A stretch of 34,732 nt of DNA from a virus, in IMG/VR virus record IMGVR_UViG_3300028840_006925, positions 1 through 34,732 of that record; one strand, 5' to 3'. Each line of letters opens with the position of its first letter. Position 1 is the stretch's first letter. This document shows positions 33,037 to 34,732 of the stretch, in pieces. The notes beneath the pieces were generated by a model that was not told the origin of the DNA, ran no database searches, and worked only from the letters and a program-made list of their open reading frames with translations. The position numbers were made by a program, and so were the translations under genes.

Positions 33037-33258
33037 TTATTTTTTCTTCTTATTTGTTTTTTTCTTACTTTTTTCTTGCTGTTTTTTATATATTTTTAAT
33101 TGTTCTTTTCGTTTTTTTGCTTCTTTTTTATGTTCTTTATATTCTTTTTCTATTTTTTCTATATATTTTTTATGTTCTTTCTCTTGTTCTTTTTCAAATA
33201 TTGTAACAAAAGATGAGAAAATAAAAAAAATAATTATGTAAAATAATCCTATTTTCAT
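33037..33258 (-). CDS. Signal-anchored hyper-charged K/E miniprotein, copy A (MKIGLFY family)
   Basis: MKIGLFYIIIFFIFSSFVTIF is followed by EKEQEKEHKKYIEKIEKEYKEHKKEAKKRKEQLK... The start overlaps the stop of the interrupted upstream ORF (ATGA). Confidence 0.65.
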   Translation of the reverse strand: MKIGLFYIIIFFIFSSFVTIFEKEQEKEHKKYIEKIEKEYKEHKKEAKKRKEQLKIYKKQQEKSKKKTNKKKK

Positions 33259-33509
33259 CGTTTTTTCTTATTCTTTGTTTTTTTCTTATTTTTTTCTTTG
33301 TGTTTTTTATGTTTTTTTATTTCTTTTTTCTTCTTTTTTATTTCTTTTTGTTTCTTTTTTGTTTCTTTTTTAAGATTCTTACATTCCTTTTCTATTTTTT
33401 CCAAATGTGTTTTTTCTTTGCTCGCTCTTTCTTTATTACATCCCTAATTGAAAGATGGTAAAGCAAAAAAAAATGCTGCGCATAACAAAAATTTTAAAAT
33501 GTTATTCAT
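33255..33509 (-). pseudogene. Paralogue of the 32615-32851 gene interrupted by a single in-frame TAG: MNNILKFLLCAAFFFALPSFN*GCNKERASKEKTHLEKIEKECKNLKKETKKKQKEIKKKKKEIKKHKKHKEKNKKKTKNKKKR
   Basis: This is my own translation. The ATG at 33509 overlaps the upstream TGA (ATGA). The TAG is at 33444-33446. The frame then stays open for 62 codons to the TGA that overlaps the next ATG. The track shows no ORF here. Confidence 0.5.
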
Positions 33510-33808
33510 TTTTCCCTCTTTATTTTTTCTTCTCTTTCTTTTTCATTTTGTATAGCTTCCCTCAAAAAATGTTCAGCTAATTTAAGATAAAAACCTTTTT
33601 CTTTTTTTAAATTTTTAGCAATAACTCTTGCATCATCAAGCAAATCACATATAAAAAAATATGTTATTTTTTCTAAATTCTCTAAATTTTCTTCAAAGGT
33701 ATTATTATTTTTACTAAATTCCATTAATTTAAAATGCTGTACAAGATAGAGCATGATGGCATTTGCTGGATGAATAGTCTGAAGAAAATCTTGAATATTA
33801 TTTTTCAT
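33506..33808 (-). CDS. Hypothetical early protein (100 aa)
   Basis: The first 35 nt of the ORF lie in copy A of the 115-bp tandem repeat. Confidence 0.6.
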   Translation of the reverse strand: MKNNIQDFLQTIHPANAIMLYLVQHFKLMEFSKNNNTFEENLENLEKITYFFICDLLDDARVIAKNLKKEKGFYLKLAEHFLREAIQNEKEREEKIKREK

Positions 33809-34003
33809 TTATTTTCATTTTTAAAATTTTTTCAATCATATTATTTGATAATCTATAAATTTTTCTCAAGAAATATATTGAACTCGCTATAGTCTTAAGA
33901 AAATCTTGAATATTATTTTTCATTTATTTTCATTTTTAAAATTTTTTCAATCATATCATCTGATAATCCATAAATTTTTCTCAAGAAATTTATTAAACTC
34001 TCT
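33774..34003. repeat. Tandem direct duplication, 2 x 115 bp, 7 mismatches by my count (33774-33888 and 33889-34003), spanning the rep stop and the next gene's start
   Basis: I aligned the two copies by eye: atagtct[g/t]aagaaaatcttgaatattatttttcatttattttcatttttaaaattttttcaatcata... Both copies retain the ATG and the TAA. Confidence 0.85.
33798..33923 (-). CDS. Chimeric 41-aa ORF created by the duplication (MKNNIQDFLKTIASSIYFLRKIYRLSNNMIEKILKMKINEK)
   Basis: The N-terminus equals the first 9 aa of the 100-aa gene. The C-terminus is a near copy of the Rep C-terminus (..INFLRKIYGLSDDMIEKILKMKINEK). It has the same overlapping-start geometry as the parental junction. Confidence 0.3.
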   Translation of the reverse strand: MKNNIQDFLKTIASSIYFLRKIYRLSNNMIEKILKMKINEK

Positions 34004-34732
34004 ACTGTGAATTTATATCTTGTTCCTGTTTTTGCATTAACAAAACATCCATTTTCTATCTTAAGATATCCTTGATTGTGATAATACGGCGAATTGGCTT
34101 GAAGCATCCAATTTTCATACTCTTTATGTTTTTCAAAAACTATCTTTTGATCTTCCTCTTTTTTCTTTTTTATTTCTACTTGTCTTTCTTTTTTTTCCTT
34201 TGTTTTTTTTAGCCAATTTAAAAGAGTTTTGTAATCATTATTTCTTGTAACTGCATTTTCATATTTCCAGCGAGAAAGATTTTCAGCTTCTTCATATGTC
34301 ATATCTTTCCCAAAAGTAGAAATCAATTTGTCGAGATCTTTTTGTGTCATCTCAACATTTTCTGCGATTACAACTTTGATTGGTTTTAATTTTTCTTTTT
34401 TCTTTTTTGAAGAAGAAAAAACTTTATATTGAGCACCGCCAGGTGCGAGAGCTGCGTTAGCAGCGACTTCTTCAGAAGATTCTACTTTCTTTTCTTTTTT
34501 ATATATTTTTTCTTTTCTATATATATCTTCTTTATTCTTATCTGGTATAGGTTTCCCGATATCGGGAAATCGATTTGACGAAATCGGGATGTGTTGAATA
34601 TCAGTAACTTGCGTTTTGTTGCTTTTATGTGGGGATTTCCCCAAATGATGAGAATCAAGGACTTGCGACTTATTTTGTTTTGGATAAGAATCTTTTGGAA
34701 GAAAGTTCTCTTCATTAGCAAACGCATACCAA
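33913..34732 (-). CDS. Replication initiator, 3' part. The frame is open to the window end. The track ORF 33913-34644 begins at an internal TTG.
   Basis: The ORF track protein ...GKSPHKSNKTQVTDIQH... is identical to the end of the minus-strand frame read from 491 to 1. The stop TAA is at 33913-33915. Confidence 0.75.
   Translation of the reverse strand, partial: WYAFANEENFLPKDSYPKQNKSQVLDSHHLGKSPHKSNKTQVTDIQHIPISSNRFPDIGKPIPDKNKEDIYRKEKIYKKEKKVESSEEVAANAALAPGGAQYKVFSSSKKKKEKLKPIKVVIAENVEMTQKDLDKLISTFGKDMTYEEAENLSRWKYENAVTRNNDYKTLLNWLKKTKEKKERQVEIKKKKEEDQKIVFEKHKEYENWMLQANSPYYHNQGYLKIENGCFVNAKTGTRYKFTVESLINFLRKIYGLSDDMIEKILKMKINEK
34552..34589. promoter_or_regulatory. Cluster of nested dyad symmetries inside the rep coding sequence; candidate origin or iteron-like element
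   Basis: There is an 18-bp perfect palindrome tttcccgatatcgggaaa (34552-34569) and an overlapping 10-bp palindrome aaatcgattt (34567-34576). A third atcggga / gaaatcg copy lies at 34580-34589. The cluster is locally GC-rich and encodes the inter-domain linker ..NRFPDIGKPIPD.. Confidence 0.4.
34589..34732. repeat. Terminal redundancy, right copy of 1-144
   Basis: Same 144-nt string as the window start. The unique genome length is 34588 bp. Confidence 0.9.

Noticed and set aside
33259-33420. Long polypyrimidine, T-rich tract as a non-coding simple repeat
   Set aside because: On the minus strand it is an open, K-rich reading frame with preserved translational-coupling junctions and homology to the neighbouring miniprotein family. 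It is better explained as (pseudo)coding sequence.
33444-33446. Genome-wide TAG stop-codon reassignment, as occurs in some gut phages
   Set aside because: TAG terminates at least three well-defined genes (stops at 6088, 28114 and 32615), each followed directly by the next gene's RBS or start. I saw no other ORF that needs TAG readthrough. All long ORFs are intact under the standard code, so TGA recoding is also excluded.
34482-34727. 81-aa minus-strand ORF at the window end
   Set aside because: It is an alternative frame inside the replication gene. The rep frame is validated by continuity across the circular junction.
1-34732. tRNA, rRNA, tmRNA or CRISPR arrays
   Set aside because: The intergenic regions are short and AT-rich. 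I saw no cloverleaf-capable GC-rich segments and no regularly spaced direct repeats with unique spacers.

Overview
This strongly AT-rich window appears to be a complete, closed genome. Bases 1-144 are identical to 34589-34732, which gives a unique length of 34588 bp. It looks like a tailed dsDNA phage, and podovirus-like, because I see no tape-measure or sheath gene. Strong AGGAG-type ribosome-binding sites and an encoded outer-membrane beta-barrel point to a Gram-negative-type (diderm) host.

Gene order and strands:
- Almost all genes lie on the minus strand as one long array: XRE regulator, replication initiator (split by the linearisation point), small early genes, RusA, small and large terminase, portal, an accessory island, scaffold, major capsid, tail and ejection proteins, then four receptor-binding proteins.
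- The plus strand carries only a short recombination operon (small protein, ERF annealase, YqaJ exonuclease) driven from a near-consensus divergent promoter pair, and a small serine recombinase inside the head module.
- I found no tRNA, rRNA, CRISPR array, reverse transcriptase, tyrosine integrase or recognisable endolysin or holin.

Most interesting observations:
1. A tandemly duplicated two-gene cassette, plus dispersed relatives, encodes signal-anchored, hyper-charged K/E-rich miniproteins. One copy carries an in-frame TAG.
2. The replication gene has plasmid-like control architecture: a leader ORF overlapping the rep start, a 2 x 23 bp repeat that duplicates the rep ribosome-binding site, and a plus-strand terminator that implies an antisense RNA.
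3. Nested palindromes sit in the rep linker and may be an origin.
4. A 115-bp tandem duplication creates a chimeric mini-ORF that copies the Rep C-terminus.
5. A terminator-bounded island of ultra-basic small proteins, plus a resolvase with res-like repeats, sits inside the head module.
6. An outer-membrane protein gene has its own consensus promoter.
7. The receptor-binding proteins are modular, sharing anchor and beta-helix modules.

All family assignments come from reading motifs by eye and need HMM or structure searches to confirm.
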